From positions 127,360 through 191,359 of the IMG/VR virus record IMGVR_UViG_3300013288_000004: DNA of 64,000 nt; one strand, written 5' to 3'. The notes under the pieces were generated by a model, which searched no databases, had not been told where the DNA came from, and was given only the letters and a program-made list of their open reading frames with translations. This document shows, one piece after another, positions 8,713 to 17,945 of this stretch; the stretch's first letter is position 1; every line of letters starts with the position of its first letter. Both the position numbers and the translations under genes were made by a program. The stretch is from a virus (lineage: Duplodnaviria; Heunggongvirae; Uroviricota; Caudoviricetes).

Positions 8713-9105
8713 TCAATACGCCAACGCGGTGTCAGCTTGTTGCTGTGTCAATAGACCAACACTGACGAGGTATGCAATACCATTGATTGCATCTGGCGAT
8801 CCTAATCTCACGGTCTGTCGGGCGCGAAGCGTGACCAACATTTCTGCGATGATAGGGTCGTTCGGTGCCGCTGCTGTTATCGCGGCGAATCGCTCCGCGC
8901 CAATACGTTCAACAAACTCAAATACTGAAATTTGATCAACCTTCGCTGAGTCAGCCCATGATTCAGCTACACGTTCGATTGCATTTTGTACATATTCCTG
9001 TACAGATTGGTACGGTGAATCTCCATCTTCAGGGATTGTCATCATATAAGCCGCATTTGCGCCAGCTATGTGTCTGTTATTTGTTAAAGTAACCGTAATT
9101 GTCAT
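8713..9105 (-). CDS. hypothetical tail-fibre-associated protein (GC-rich island)
   Basis: 130 aa; GC-rich codon usage unlike flanking DNA; last gene of the fibre-proximal module. Confidence 0.5.
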   Translation of the reverse strand: MTITVTLTNNRHIAGANAAYMMTIPEDGDSPYQSVQEYVQNAIERVAESWADSAKVDQISVFEFVERIGAERFAAITAAAPNDPIIAEMLVTLRARQTVRLGSPDAINGIAYLVSVGLLTQQQADTALAY

Positions 9106-9165
9106 TTTTATTCCTATTTAGTTTATAAAGGTATTTATCAATTCAAGGCGACCAACCTAATCATA

Positions 9166-9672
9166 TCACACTGCTCTGGCTTTAGCGGCATGAAACAAGT
9201 CATCAACTTGTTCCTGAGTTAATCCAAGGGCGATTCTTCCCGACTCAATAAAATCAGAATCGCGACGTATCGTTGATCTGTGTTGCCAATAGATTTGTTC
9301 CACCGGAGAAAGCGTATCTACATAACCCTGCACAGAGGGAAGTAGATTGAGATCATGTAATGTCAATTTGAATGCTATAGTGTCCACTTCCTCTGGCACG
9401 GCAAGTTCTTCGACAACCCATGTCTGGGTCCATCTGCCATTTATTAGGGCATCTGGTCCATTGCTCAATTGTTCATCAGGTCCAAATTCTGGAGGGTCTA
9501 CTTCCAAAACATATTGATAGCCTACCGCCGCTAACTGCTCATCGGTTGGGGGATTATCCCAGACTGTGCGGATGCCTTGCGCGGGATTTGCTACTGATCC
9601 GATACGTGGAAACGTTCGAAGTAATTGTTGCAGCGTAGTTCTACCGCCAGTTATTGTGTTTACTATTTTCAT
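9166..9672 (-). CDS. hypothetical protein (GC-rich island; possible tail-fibre assembly/accessory protein)
   Basis: 168 aa; GC-rich; ATGA overlap with the upstream gene. Confidence 0.5.
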   Translation of the reverse strand: MKIVNTITGGRTTLQQLLRTFPRIGSVANPAQGIRTVWDNPPTDEQLAAVGYQYVLEVDPPEFGPDEQLSNGPDALINGRWTQTWVVEELAVPEEVDTIAFKLTLHDLNLLPSVQGYVDTLSPVEQIYWQHRSTIRRDSDFIESGRIALGLTQEQVDDLFHAAKARAV

Positions 9673-10421
9673 ACTAACTCCGTGTGTCTTCGTTGTCTTG
9701 CGTTTAGAAAATTGATTACTTCAGGATTGACTATTTGATTGATGACACCAGCGCCTCGCCAGATTCGCAAAGCTGCAAGATTTGCGTCAAGATAAGAGCC
9801 GGGGGTTACGGATGTCGATCCGATCCTGACGTCAGATGAGCTACCGGCTCGTGCGCCTCCAACTAAAGTGGTTGTCACAGCCGCATCCGTGCCGATTTTC
9901 ACTCCAATTACATCTGCATTTGGATCGTGCCAACATAACACAGGAATCCATTCACTCATCGGTACATTAGCAGAAACCGATACAGCGCCATCAGCAGCGA
10001 CAGATCTCCCAACAGTAAAGATCAAAGTCGACAAAGAAAAGTAAATAATGAATGCTCTTGCGGTAGCAGTAGCGACCACAGTACTCGGTGATTTGGCAAA
10101 AATGATGCGGGCGCCAGTTGCGTTTCGCTTGGCCCAAAAGTGCATGGCCCATTCATTATCTAAAATATTTACATTTGATGTTCCTGAACTTGGCAGATAG
10201 AGATGCTCCGAGTTATCTGGTGTAAACAAGCGTGACCCGTATCCGGGCGTTGCTCCGGCGGCGGATTCCACTGTATTCACATCAATGAAATCATACTCAC
10301 TAATACTTTGATCAATAGCGTCCCCACTAACCTCTTCAAGATCAAGTGAAAGAACTAAATTAGATGATAGGTCCAAGCTACCATTAGACCGTTGTAAGAA
10401 CCTGCCGCCGCGTTTAATCAC
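9669..10421 (-). CDS. hypothetical phage tail protein (GC-rich island)
   Basis: 250 aa; Gly/Ser/Thr/Ala-rich beta-type composition typical of fibre/baseplate-distal proteins. Confidence 0.5.
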   Translation of the reverse strand: MIKRGGRFLQRSNGSLDLSSNLVLSLDLEEVSGDAIDQSISEYDFIDVNTVESAAGATPGYGSRLFTPDNSEHLYLPSSGTSNVNILDNEWAMHFWAKRNATGARIIFAKSPSTVVATATARAFIIYFSLSTLIFTVGRSVAADGAVSVSANVPMSEWIPVLCWHDPNADVIGVKIGTDAAVTTTLVGGARAGSSSDVRIGSTSVTPGSYLDANLAALRIWRGAGVINQIVNPEVINFLNARQRRHTELV

Positions 10422-10777
10422 GCTGTACTTCCTCCAATGATCACGGAGTTTGTTCCATCACATTCCCACCATAGGAATGATGGGTCAGCAGCACTTCCTG
10501 TGTGTCCAGTAGACGCAGCATCAGGGGTTATGACCATTGATCCCGTCACTGACCAAGTGATGACCCCAGCTCCAACGGCTCGCATAATCAAGCCGCCCAT
10601 TCCAGCGGTTAAAGTGTCAGGAAATATAGCGCTGTTCGCTCCAGCATCCGTAAACCTTACGCACTTGTTTACATCACTTGGGCCAAAAGTGTGAGAGTTG
10701 GTAGACGTTGGTTCTTTATAAGTCTGCCTTGCGACAAAAGAACCTTCGACTTCAAACTCATCCGTAGTAATTTTCAT
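10418..10777 (-). CDS. hypothetical phage tail protein (GC-rich island)
   Basis: 119 aa; overlapping stop/start with neighbours. Confidence 0.5.
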   Translation of the reverse strand: MKITTDEFEVEGSFVARQTYKEPTSTNSHTFGPSDVNKCVRFTDAGANSAIFPDTLTAGMGGLIMRAVGAGVITWSVTGSMVITPDAASTGHTGSAADPSFLWWECDGTNSVIIGGSTA

Positions 10778-10808
10778 GTGTGTATATCCCTATTAGTCTA
10801 ATTGATAT

Positions 10809-12596
10809 TTATGCTGCTTGAATCAGTTCGACTCGACCAACCCAATAAGTTGTCGTTGCGTTGGCAGGAGTTACTTGGATTACGATTGCACCCGCACCCG
10901 CACCCGTTGCCGGTACTACATTGATCGTTGGTGTGCCTAAAGCAGCATCTAAACCCTTGGTAGTAACCGTGTTAGTGCCAACGATTATTGCATTGCCGCT
11001 AGCTCCCCGGCGTGCAGTACCTTCGATCTTCCACGATCCAGCAGCGGCGCCAGACGCATGCACCGCAACAACCCGCGCTTCGAAATCTGCGCCAGAGTTA
11101 ATTGGCAACACCATCACATTCGTGGCGGATTCGGCGCCACCGTCCGCCGTGAGCGTTGTTGCGGATGCTGCGCTGGTCGTAATGCGGACTGGCTGTACTA
11201 TAACCTGCGCGTCGCCTAATGCCGCACGCTGACCAGCACTATACGCGCCTGCGCCATATAGCAGGCGCGTAGTGGCCGTCGATCCTCCGGGAATCCACGA
11301 CAGCGGACCAGATGCCAAGTTTGCATACCCACCACCAACAGCAGAAGTTTGTCCTCCTGCTATGTTTGTATTACCGCCAGCGACGACAGAAGTTGAACCT
11401 GAGGCAGTGTTTCTGAATCCCCCTGCGCATGTCGCCCATGCGCCGGAAGCGACCTGCGTAGCGAGAGTGCGAGTGCTTGTCTGCCAATCAACTGCATTCG
11501 TCCCGCGCGCATTACCACCCGCCGTGGTGCTATCCGGAACCTGCGCAGACAAAGCGCCTGTACCCGCAGGAGTCAGTGCGACGTTGATGTTAGCGGTGCC
11601 AGTACCCGCACTCTGCGCAGCGATCTGCATCCAACCGGATGTGGCGCCGGGAATGAGTGCCAAACGCTCGTAGTTGCTGGCATCGGTATAGGTATTGTAA
11701 ATGCGGGAAGTTTGGGTGGTAACACCACTACGTTGCGCAAGTATCCCAGCGGCATCCCTGAAAAGAGCTGTGCCCGTGCTGAAAGATAGAGACGCACTAG
11801 CGCTTACTACATTTATATCCGTAGTAGATATACTGATCATGCGCGTCCCGGAGCCGCTCCACATAGTGAGCGTACCTCCGTAGTTGCCGATGCCAGCAAC
11901 ACCGGGATCTTGCACTCCGGGTGACGTAGGAAATACGATAGCCCCGCGCCTCAGTATGCGGACAAAATCTGATCCATCCACACTAAATGTAGCGAACCTG
12001 CTCAGCACATCGCTAGCGGTATTCGTCACGTTGAGTTTGATGCCCTCAAACGTAACCGCAGCGTTATTCCAAGTCTGCGCAAGATTAAGAACAGGGTTAC
12101 TAGCAGTAAGGACACCGCCGCCTAGCGCTACAGTCTTGTTAGTCGTGTTGTAAGTAAACCCTGAGTCGCCGGCAAGTGCGCCAGCGTTGTTGAACTGAAT
12201 CTGTGTGTCTGCGCCACCCGCTGTTGCTGGGAAGGTAGCGGGCTTGTCTGTTATATCATCCCAGCCTACTGCGCCAGCATCGCCTGCTGAAAATTTATCG
12301 TATTCAATTCCTATATCAATGTCAAAAGCAGTAATATCTGGGCGAAGTATTTTATATTCACCCGGATATGATATTGTTAATGAGTATGCACTACCACTCA
12401 TAGCTACGACACCATTTAAGTAAAATGATTCGTAAATATCGAGAACATTTTTTCTTTTAACTCTAAAAAGAGGAATATCCTTCGGAATGTTCACAGTAGG
12501 ACTGAAAATGGTTAATTGTAACACTTCGTTCTCGCCAACAATGATTGACGATGTTAGTGTTTTAGTCCTTCCAGCGGTTAATAGAACAGTTGACAT
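10809..12596 (-). CDS. tail fibre protein (mosaic: AT-rich N-terminus, GC-rich C-terminal receptor-binding region)
   Basis: 595 aa; long Gly/Ala/Thr/Ser/Asn-rich fibre-like repeats (GGADTQIQFNNAGALAGDSGFTYN, NTASGSTSVVAGGNTNIAGGQTS). First ~100 codons are AT-rich like the host genome, the remainder ~60% GC. TATAAATA-like element 23 nt upstream. Confidence 0.7.
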   Translation of the reverse strand: MSTVLLTAGRTKTLTSSIIVGENEVLQLTIFSPTVNIPKDIPLFRVKRKNVLDIYESFYLNGVVAMSGSAYSLTISYPGEYKILRPDITAFDIDIGIEYDKFSAGDAGAVGWDDITDKPATFPATAGGADTQIQFNNAGALAGDSGFTYNTTNKTVALGGGVLTASNPVLNLAQTWNNAAVTFEGIKLNVTNTASDVLSRFATFSVDGSDFVRILRRGAIVFPTSPGVQDPGVAGIGNYGGTLTMWSGSGTRMISISTTDINVVSASASLSFSTGTALFRDAAGILAQRSGVTTQTSRIYNTYTDASNYERLALIPGATSGWMQIAAQSAGTGTANINVALTPAGTGALSAQVPDSTTAGGNARGTNAVDWQTSTRTLATQVASGAWATCAGGFRNTASGSTSVVAGGNTNIAGGQTSAVGGGYANLASGPLSWIPGGSTATTRLLYGAGAYSAGQRAALGDAQVIVQPVRITTSAASATTLTADGGAESATNVMVLPINSGADFEARVVAVHASGAAAGSWKIEGTARRGASGNAIIVGTNTVTTKGLDAALGTPTINVVPATGAGAGAIVIQVTPANATTTYWVGRVELIQAA

Positions 12597-12618
12597 AAAT
12601 TATCCATGATATTTTGTA

Positions 12619-12626
12619 TATTTATA
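12619..12626 (-). promoter_or_regulatory. TATAAATA (T4-late-promoter-like -10 element) upstream of the tail fibre gene
   Basis: Minus strand reads TATAAATA, 23 nt upstream of the fibre ATG. Confidence 0.35.
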
Positions 12627-12643
12627 TCATGTGATAAAATAAA

Positions 12644-12871
12644 TTAATTTATTTGTACTCCAATATCCGTACCAAAATATGATATGTTAGGGCGGTATAC
12701 CCTATATGTACCAACGATATCTATCGCGACACATAAATTTTTTTCAGTTAAAATAAGCTGCCCCACACCAGCCACAAATGCATCATCAAAAATTCCTAAA
12801 TTATTCATTCGTTGAATTTTTAATGTAGCAGTTTCATTTTGAAGAGGGTCTGCGCCAGTATATATGCACAC
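12644..12871 (-). CDS. hypothetical protein
   Basis: 75-aa ORF. Confidence 0.35.
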   Translation of the reverse strand: MCIYTGADPLQNETATLKIQRMNNLGIFDDAFVAGVGQLILTEKNLCVAIDIVGTYRVYRPNISYFGTDIGVQIN

Positions 12872-13151
12872 TAATACCGAAGAACCCTCGGAAACAACAA
12901 ATGAATCAGAATATGCAGAAGTTTGGCCTAACGAAAGAATGCTTGTAGTAATGATTATATCCCCTTATGAATAACATATATGGATATTTATATATTTTCA
13001 TATTCCGAATTATCTTCTTGTTTATGAATCAATAATAATTCATATTCTTCAAGAGAATCTCTGTATTTTTCTAGGGCAGTTTTTTCTCTATACTCTAATA
13101 CGGAGCCAGTGCAATAGTAGCACATGCAACGACGACTAAATCTACGTGTTT

Positions 13152-13427
13152 TCATTTTTCTTCCACGTCAGTTGGTGGTAATTCCATCCATGCGATTGGT
13201 TTACAATTATTTGATCTAGTTGTGACATGCCCACCTACAATATATCCATTCCAGAATCCACTGCCCGGATGATGTTCTTCGAAGATACCATTAAAATATC
13301 CTATACCTACTTGTTTACAATTATATCGGTTATCACTATGATTAGTGAATTGCCATAAAATAAGAATATCTCTGTCCTTGGGAGCAGTATCCATAGATTG
13401 CCACGGTGGGAATTGGCTATAGTTCAT
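13152..13427 (-). CDS. DUF551-family phage protein
   Basis: 91 aa; W.SMDTAPKDRDILILW motif characteristic of the DUF551 C-terminal domain. Confidence 0.55.
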   Translation of the reverse strand: MNYSQFPPWQSMDTAPKDRDILILWQFTNHSDNRYNCKQVGIGYFNGIFEEHHPGSGFWNGYIVGGHVTTRSNNCKPIAWMELPPTDVEEK

Positions 13428-13428
13428 A

Positions 13429-13641
13429 TTATCTCTTCAATGTACTGGAAATTTGTTCATAATCTAATCTTGGTTCAACTTTAGTTAGATCATAGAACAC
13501 TTTTAATTTAGCATCAGTGTCTATATTAGACATACCTTCAAAAAGATATGCCATTTGTTCTTTAAGACCATAAGTTAATTCTTTATGACCCATAATAGCC
13601 GAAGAATATTCGACCATTTGTTCTTGGAATGATGTAACCAT
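13429..13641 (-). CDS. hypothetical protein
   Basis: 70-aa ORF directly downstream. Confidence 0.45.
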   Translation of the reverse strand: MVTSFQEQMVEYSSAIMGHKELTYGLKEQMAYLFEGMSNIDTDAKLKVFYDLTKVEPRLDYEQISSTLKR

Positions 13642-13658
13642 GATATTCCTTAAAATTG

Positions 13659-13783
13659 AGGACCATGTTGGAATCGAACCAACCTAATGCTGCTTACTTT
13701 TGGTGATTTCAGATTTGAACTGATCAGAGCCTAAAACTCTTACACCCACAGGCAGCCGTAATACCCAGACATACCAATGATCC
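13659..13783 (-). tRNA. putative tRNA-His(GTG) interrupted by a ~51-nt intervening sequence at the canonical 37/38 anticodon-loop position
   Basis: Minus strand: GGATCAT-TG-GTA-(D loop with GG)-TAC-G-GCTGC-CTGTGG-[51 nt]-A-GCAGC-ATTAG-GTTGG-TTCGATT-CCAAC-ATGGTCC-T. Acceptor and anticodon stems pair only if the 51 nt are removed. Folded by eye. Confidence 0.4.
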
Positions 13784-13799
13784 ATATAATATTATTTTG

Positions 13800-13897
13800 C
13801 AGACCGGCAGGGACTTGAACCCCGATCATCAGTTTTCCTAAATATTCTTTTACAAAAACATTTAGGAGACTGGTATGCTGCCATTGCACCACCGATC
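13800..13897 (-). tRNA. tRNA-like sequence with ~30-nt palindromic insert (CCTAAAT...ATTTAGG); anticodon uncertain
   Basis: Acceptor GATCGGT/GCCGGTC (2 GU), T-arm CGGGG-TTCAAGT-CCCTG; length ~98 nt. Confidence 0.3.
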
Positions 13898-14004
13898 TAT
13901 ATTACTTTATTTATTCCATTCTACAGTAGCATTTTTTGCAAAACCTGTAAATGGCATCTTTATGCAAACGCTTTTAATTCACGTTCTCTAGCTATTCTTT
14001 CCAT

Positions 14005-14055
14005 TTCTTCTAATTCTTCTAATTCTTCTAATTCTTCTAATTCTTCTAATTCTTT
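14005..14055. repeat. hexanucleotide tandem repeat (TTCTAA)n, ~8 units
   Basis: Direct inspection; minus strand would encode a small (ELE)n peptide. Confidence 0.8.
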
Positions 14056-14094
14056 AGCTGAGACAACAATTATTTCCATAATTTTATTTAATTT

Positions 14095-14170
14095 TGGCGA
14101 GGACAGATGGATTCGAACCACCATTTCACAATTTTAACATCATGCGTAATTCCAAATGTGGTGAATGCAT
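14095..14170 (-). tRNA. tRNA-like 3' portion (T-arm GGTGG-TTCGAAT-CCATC, acceptor 3' strand TGTCCTC, encoded GCCA); 5' half not identifiable
   Basis: Complementary 5' acceptor strand GAGGACA not found within 300 nt. Confidence 0.3.
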
Positions 14171-14304
14171 TCTACTCACGCGTTATACGACATCCCCATT
14201 TCTTGTATCATACACAACTTATTTAGTGTTGTCAGCTATGTTTGATTTCAGTGTTTTGAACTATTTTATGTTCACGTTGATAAATACTTAAAAAGGATAA
14301 CAAA

Positions 14305-15114
14305 ATGATTAAAACATGTTTATACTGTAGTAAAGAGTTTACCACAAATGACTCAAGAAGTAAATTCTGTAATCAATCGTGTGCCGCTTCATATAATAAC
14401 AGTAGAAGAAAACATAGTGAAGAAACAAAACGAAAAATGTCTGAAAACCATAAACTAAGCAGATCACTTAAAATAATAACATGCATAATCTGTAACGCGC
14501 AATATCAACATCGGCGATATAGAAAAACGTGTTCTGATGAATGTTACCATAAAGCAAGATCACAATTGACAATCAATTATTGGAAAAACGGATTATATGA
14601 TGGTGTAAAAATGGGAGGCGTTCGTCTAGGCTCTACCAGAGGTAAGTCTGGAAAATACCAAGGCATATATTGCGATTCTACTTATGAATTAGCTTTTGTA
14701 ATATACAACTTAGATCACGGTAATAATATTGAAAGATATGGAAAATATTTCGACTATTATGACCCTGATCGCAATGACCACTTCAAATTTTTTCCCGACT
14801 TTTTAGTCAATGGTAAAATCATAGAAATAAAGAATTATTTTAGAAATATAGACACTTACAAATTATCAGGAACAAACGGTTTGGTGACCATAAAATATAA
14901 ACAAGATTTACAAGAGATATTTGAATATGTTGAAAACAAGACTGGATTACACCGAAACAGATTTTTTGAATTATATGATGATGTCGTAATTGAATTTAAG
15001 GGATGTGCTAATTGTGGTACAGAGTTTAAAGTTACTTCTGACCGTAAGAAATTTTGTTCTCAAAAATGTGGCGGGCAGTATGCGGGAAATCATAATAGAT
15101 TCTGTAAATCTTAA
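14305..15114 (+). CDS. putative homing endonuclease-like protein with N- and C-terminal CxxC zinc-finger motifs
   Basis: 269 aa; N-terminal CLYCSKEF...FCNQSCAASYNNSRR shared with the HNH endonucleases at 21791-22423; C-terminal CANCGTEF...FCSQKCG; lies between tRNA genes on the opposite strand. Confidence 0.5.
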   Translation: MIKTCLYCSKEFTTNDSRSKFCNQSCAASYNNSRRKHSEETKRKMSENHKLSRSLKIITCIICNAQYQHRRYRKTCSDECYHKARSQLTINYWKNGLYDGVKMGGVRLGSTRGKSGKYQGIYCDSTYELAFVIYNLDHGNNIERYGKYFDYYDPDRNDHFKFFPDFLVNGKIIEIKNYFRNIDTYKLSGTNGLVTIKYKQDLQEIFEYVENKTGLHRNRFFELYDDVVIEFKGCANCGTEFKVTSDRKKFCSQKCGGQYAGNHNRFCKS

Positions 15115-15121
15115 AGAAGAA

Positions 15122-15198
15122 TGGCGGGGTTAAACGGATTCGAACCGATATTTCATTCATCGACAGTGAATTTTCTTCGCCAGTTAGAAGATAACCCC
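15122..15198 (-). tRNA. tRNA-Asp(GTC)
   Basis: GGGGTTA-TC-TTCT-AACTGGCGA-AGAA-A-ATTCA-CTGTCGA-TGAAT-GAAAT-ATCGG-TTCGAAT-CCGTT-TAACCCC-G-CCA; clean cloverleaf, anticodon GTC. Confidence 0.75.
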
Positions 15199-15486
15199 GC
15201 AGTTCCTTAATTTTTATTACCTATATCTTGTATATATGCTATTACATCATCACAAATTCTACAATAGCCTGTTAAATTTTTGAGCAGGACTTCTCAAATC
15301 CTTCGCGGACTTCGACATCCACATAGTTGCTCAAGCTATGGCATCTATTCAGTAAGTGCCTCTTACCTGCTGGGTGGTTTAGAGCATGACCAGTCGCATG
15401 CTATCCATTTCACCTTATGGACAAGGACCGGTGTGAGATCACCGAATTTCTAAGTTGTGCTATCATAACTGATGCACCAACTCTTG

Positions 15487-16443
15487 TCAACACTTTATCG
15501 ATATGTACTTACTGTACCTTAAACATGCAAACTCTTCCTCGTCAAGGTCATAGTCAAATCCACCATGGATGCTCATATAATTGTTACCAGATGTCAGGTT
15601 CTTATATCTAACATAACCGATAGTATTAGTAAAATTCTCAAGTTTTAGTGGCTTTTTCTGCACAATTAGAAAATGAGTAATCCAACCATCTACTTCTAAT
15701 TGACTACCAGAACCAACGTTCTTTTGTGTAAAAATATCCTTCCAAAAGGAAATTCTATCCGCCTCACTGGCTTCAAATGAGTTAACTATATTGTCTAGAA
15801 TTATTTTAACTCTTACTGGATAGTTCTTAAAATTATAGCACTTGCCAAGCAATTCAAAAAGCTTATCAAAGTTCGTGCGAATATTTTTCCAATCGTCTAC
15901 GGTGCCTAGCACTTTTATCTCTGGCAGACCACACATAAACATTGAGTACGAATAATACGGTGACGCCATTTCACAAAATAAAGCCTGAATCATTCCAACA
16001 GATTCTTCGCTCTCAATTGATAATTCTGGAAAGAGGATAGACGCATCAAAATTAATGCTCTTCGATAAAGCCTCTGATAATAAATCCATCGGCATCTCAT
16101 ATTCGCTATTCGTTGGAACTAGAATTTCTTTCTTTTCAGTGGAATCGGTAAACAGTTCCCTAAATGGTTCCGGCTTATCTACAATAAATTTGGACACTTC
16201 ACTAATAATCAGAATCCAAATATCATATGGTGAGATAGATACATTCACATGATTCGAATAAGCGTGACTCAAAAATCCCAAGAGTCCCGCGTTACGCAAT
16301 TTGGTCTGGGGAAATTCATAAAAGAATTGATATTTTTCATCAGGTTTCAATACCTTAGTCATATTTGACCGAATAATATCTCCTAACGGATATTCTCGTA
16401 TATTCTCAGATTTAGTCAGTTTATCATTTAAAATTAATTTCAT
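15487..16443 (-). CDS. hypothetical protein
   Basis: 318-aa ORF, no motif recognised. Confidence 0.55.
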   Translation of the reverse strand: MKLILNDKLTKSENIREYPLGDIIRSNMTKVLKPDEKYQFFYEFPQTKLRNAGLLGFLSHAYSNHVNVSISPYDIWILIISEVSKFIVDKPEPFRELFTDSTEKKEILVPTNSEYEMPMDLLSEALSKSINFDASILFPELSIESEESVGMIQALFCEMASPYYSYSMFMCGLPEIKVLGTVDDWKNIRTNFDKLFELLGKCYNFKNYPVRVKIILDNIVNSFEASEADRISFWKDIFTQKNVGSGSQLEVDGWITHFLIVQKKPLKLENFTNTIGYVRYKNLTSGNNYMSIHGGFDYDLDEEEFACLRYSKYISIKC

Positions 16444-16985
16444 AGCACAAAATCATCCGCTGAAACATAGTGATATACACGATTATTATGGAAATCATCC
16501 ACATGAAGGTGGAAGTCGCCATTCACATATTCTTTTCGATGCTGTACAAGCTTCTTATGAACCTGTAAGAACTCCGCTTCCATTCGAGCCTCATTAACTA
16601 GCTTCCAAGACAGCGTTGTCTTATTGGCATGTACATAATTTTCATCAAGGTTCATTATCTGCTGATTGAGATCAAGCAGAATCTTGTCCAATTTGATTCT
16701 CCCTTCTTCTAAGATAGAATCACGCTTACTGATTAACTTCTGTTCGATCTCTTCCCACGAAAGAAAGCGCTCTACACCCCTTTCTTTTGATGCTAAGAAG
16801 ACGCAATACTTACCTTCAAGTTTCATCTGTGCGATAAAATCTACAACTGATTTCGGATCAACATATTCGTCATATTTATTCACGTTTTTAACAAACTCCG
16901 CATTAATATGCGACAACGTTCCGAACGACTTTAACATTTCTTTTCTGTCGTCTGTAAGCTTATGGATCTTGAAGTAATTATTCAT
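16440..16985 (-). CDS. hypothetical protein
   Basis: 181-aa ORF, ATGA overlap with the downstream gene. Confidence 0.5.
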   Translation of the reverse strand: MNNYFKIHKLTDDRKEMLKSFGTLSHINAEFVKNVNKYDEYVDPKSVVDFIAQMKLEGKYCVFLASKERGVERFLSWEEIEQKLISKRDSILEEGRIKLDKILLDLNQQIMNLDENYVHANKTTLSWKLVNEARMEAEFLQVHKKLVQHRKEYVNGDFHLHVDDFHNNRVYHYVSADDFVL

Positions 16986-17190
16986 ATTTCTCTCTTAGTT
17001 ATAATTTAACGCTGCGGTGCCTAGTTCTAGCTTTCGGCATCTCATCATAGTCCCCTTCACGCATACCCAAGTATGGTTGAGGCCAAGGCACACCTACTAT
17101 GATCCCCCTTGGTCGTGTACGTCTATCCGTACTGTCCGCAGCGGCGCTCTTTGATTCTTTCGTGTATCTTACATGGAGTCCTTCATCTTG

Positions 17191-17667
17191 TCAATAGCTG
17201 ATCGTCAAGTATCTATTCTTTTTTGTAAATTCATATGTTACGCATAACGGTAATGCAAAGATTTCTGAGAGATATTTCGCGGCCTTGATAGCGTTTGCAT
17301 TTTGTAGTAAATCGTAATATCTATCTTGCTGCTCGTCAGTTATAACATATTTTACATCATCTATGACTATGTAAACATCATATTCTATTGGTACATGCGA
17401 TTCATTATCAGTAGAGGCGATAAAAATAATATTATTGTCTTTTATAAATTGACGAACAACTTCTAAAAATTTACAAGACAACATTTTTTCTGGAGAGTCA
17501 CTAAGTTTGATATAATCTTTATAATCATACCAACCAAATCTATTATGACAGTATGGACCACCACCATCATGCGCAGGACCGTAAAGGACAGGATCGACAT
17601 AACCCAGAACACCTTCAGACAAGGCATCTTTTAATAGATCGTGTAAATATTTTCGTTCAACTTTCAT
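17191..17667 (-). CDS. hypothetical protein
   Basis: 158-aa ORF. Confidence 0.5.
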   Translation of the reverse strand: MKVERKYLHDLLKDALSEGVLGYVDPVLYGPAHDGGGPYCHNRFGWYDYKDYIKLSDSPEKMLSCKFLEVVRQFIKDNNIIFIASTDNESHVPIEYDVYIVIDDVKYVITDEQQDRYYDLLQNANAIKAAKYLSEIFALPLCVTYEFTKKNRYLTISY

Positions 17668-17945
17668 TTCGGATCTAACCTAGATATACCAATTCTTTTC
17701 CATTTATTACCGTAGTGAATGAACCCTTCTGGGCTGACGACTCTACAATTTGAATACATTTCAGTAATTACTACTGTTTCCAACCAATAGATGGTATCTT
17801 TATGTAGTAGTGGGAACCAAGCGAATTTTGTATAAATTCGCTGTTCATTTATTTTTGCCTTGCTTCGGGGCTTTTGTTTTATATTAAAGATCATTTGCGT
17901 TCGTTTCCATATCCGGTAAATAATCCCACTTAATAGGACTGGCAA
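17664..17945 (-). CDS. hypothetical protein
   Basis: 93-aa ORF. Confidence 0.4.
   Translation of the reverse strand: MPVLLSGIIYRIWKRTQMIFNIKQKPRSKAKINEQRIYTKFAWFPLLHKDTIYWLETVVITEMYSNCRVVSPEGFIHYGNKWKRIGISRLDPK

Noticed and set aside
10437-12423. Numerous plus-strand ORFs (10437-10694, 10861-11232, 11272-11673, 11884-12153, 12205-12423 and others) across the GC-rich island
   Set aside because: High GC lowers stop-codon frequency in all frames; these ORFs lie antisense to the continuous minus-strand tail gene set and have Ala/Pro/Arg-rich junk composition.
14094-14291. ORF 14094-14291 (+), ORF 24381-24614 (-), ORF 25523-25777 (-) and similar ORFs overlapping tRNA genes
   Set aside because: They translate straight through tRNA or tRNA-like sequences and intergenic leaders; no coding signal.
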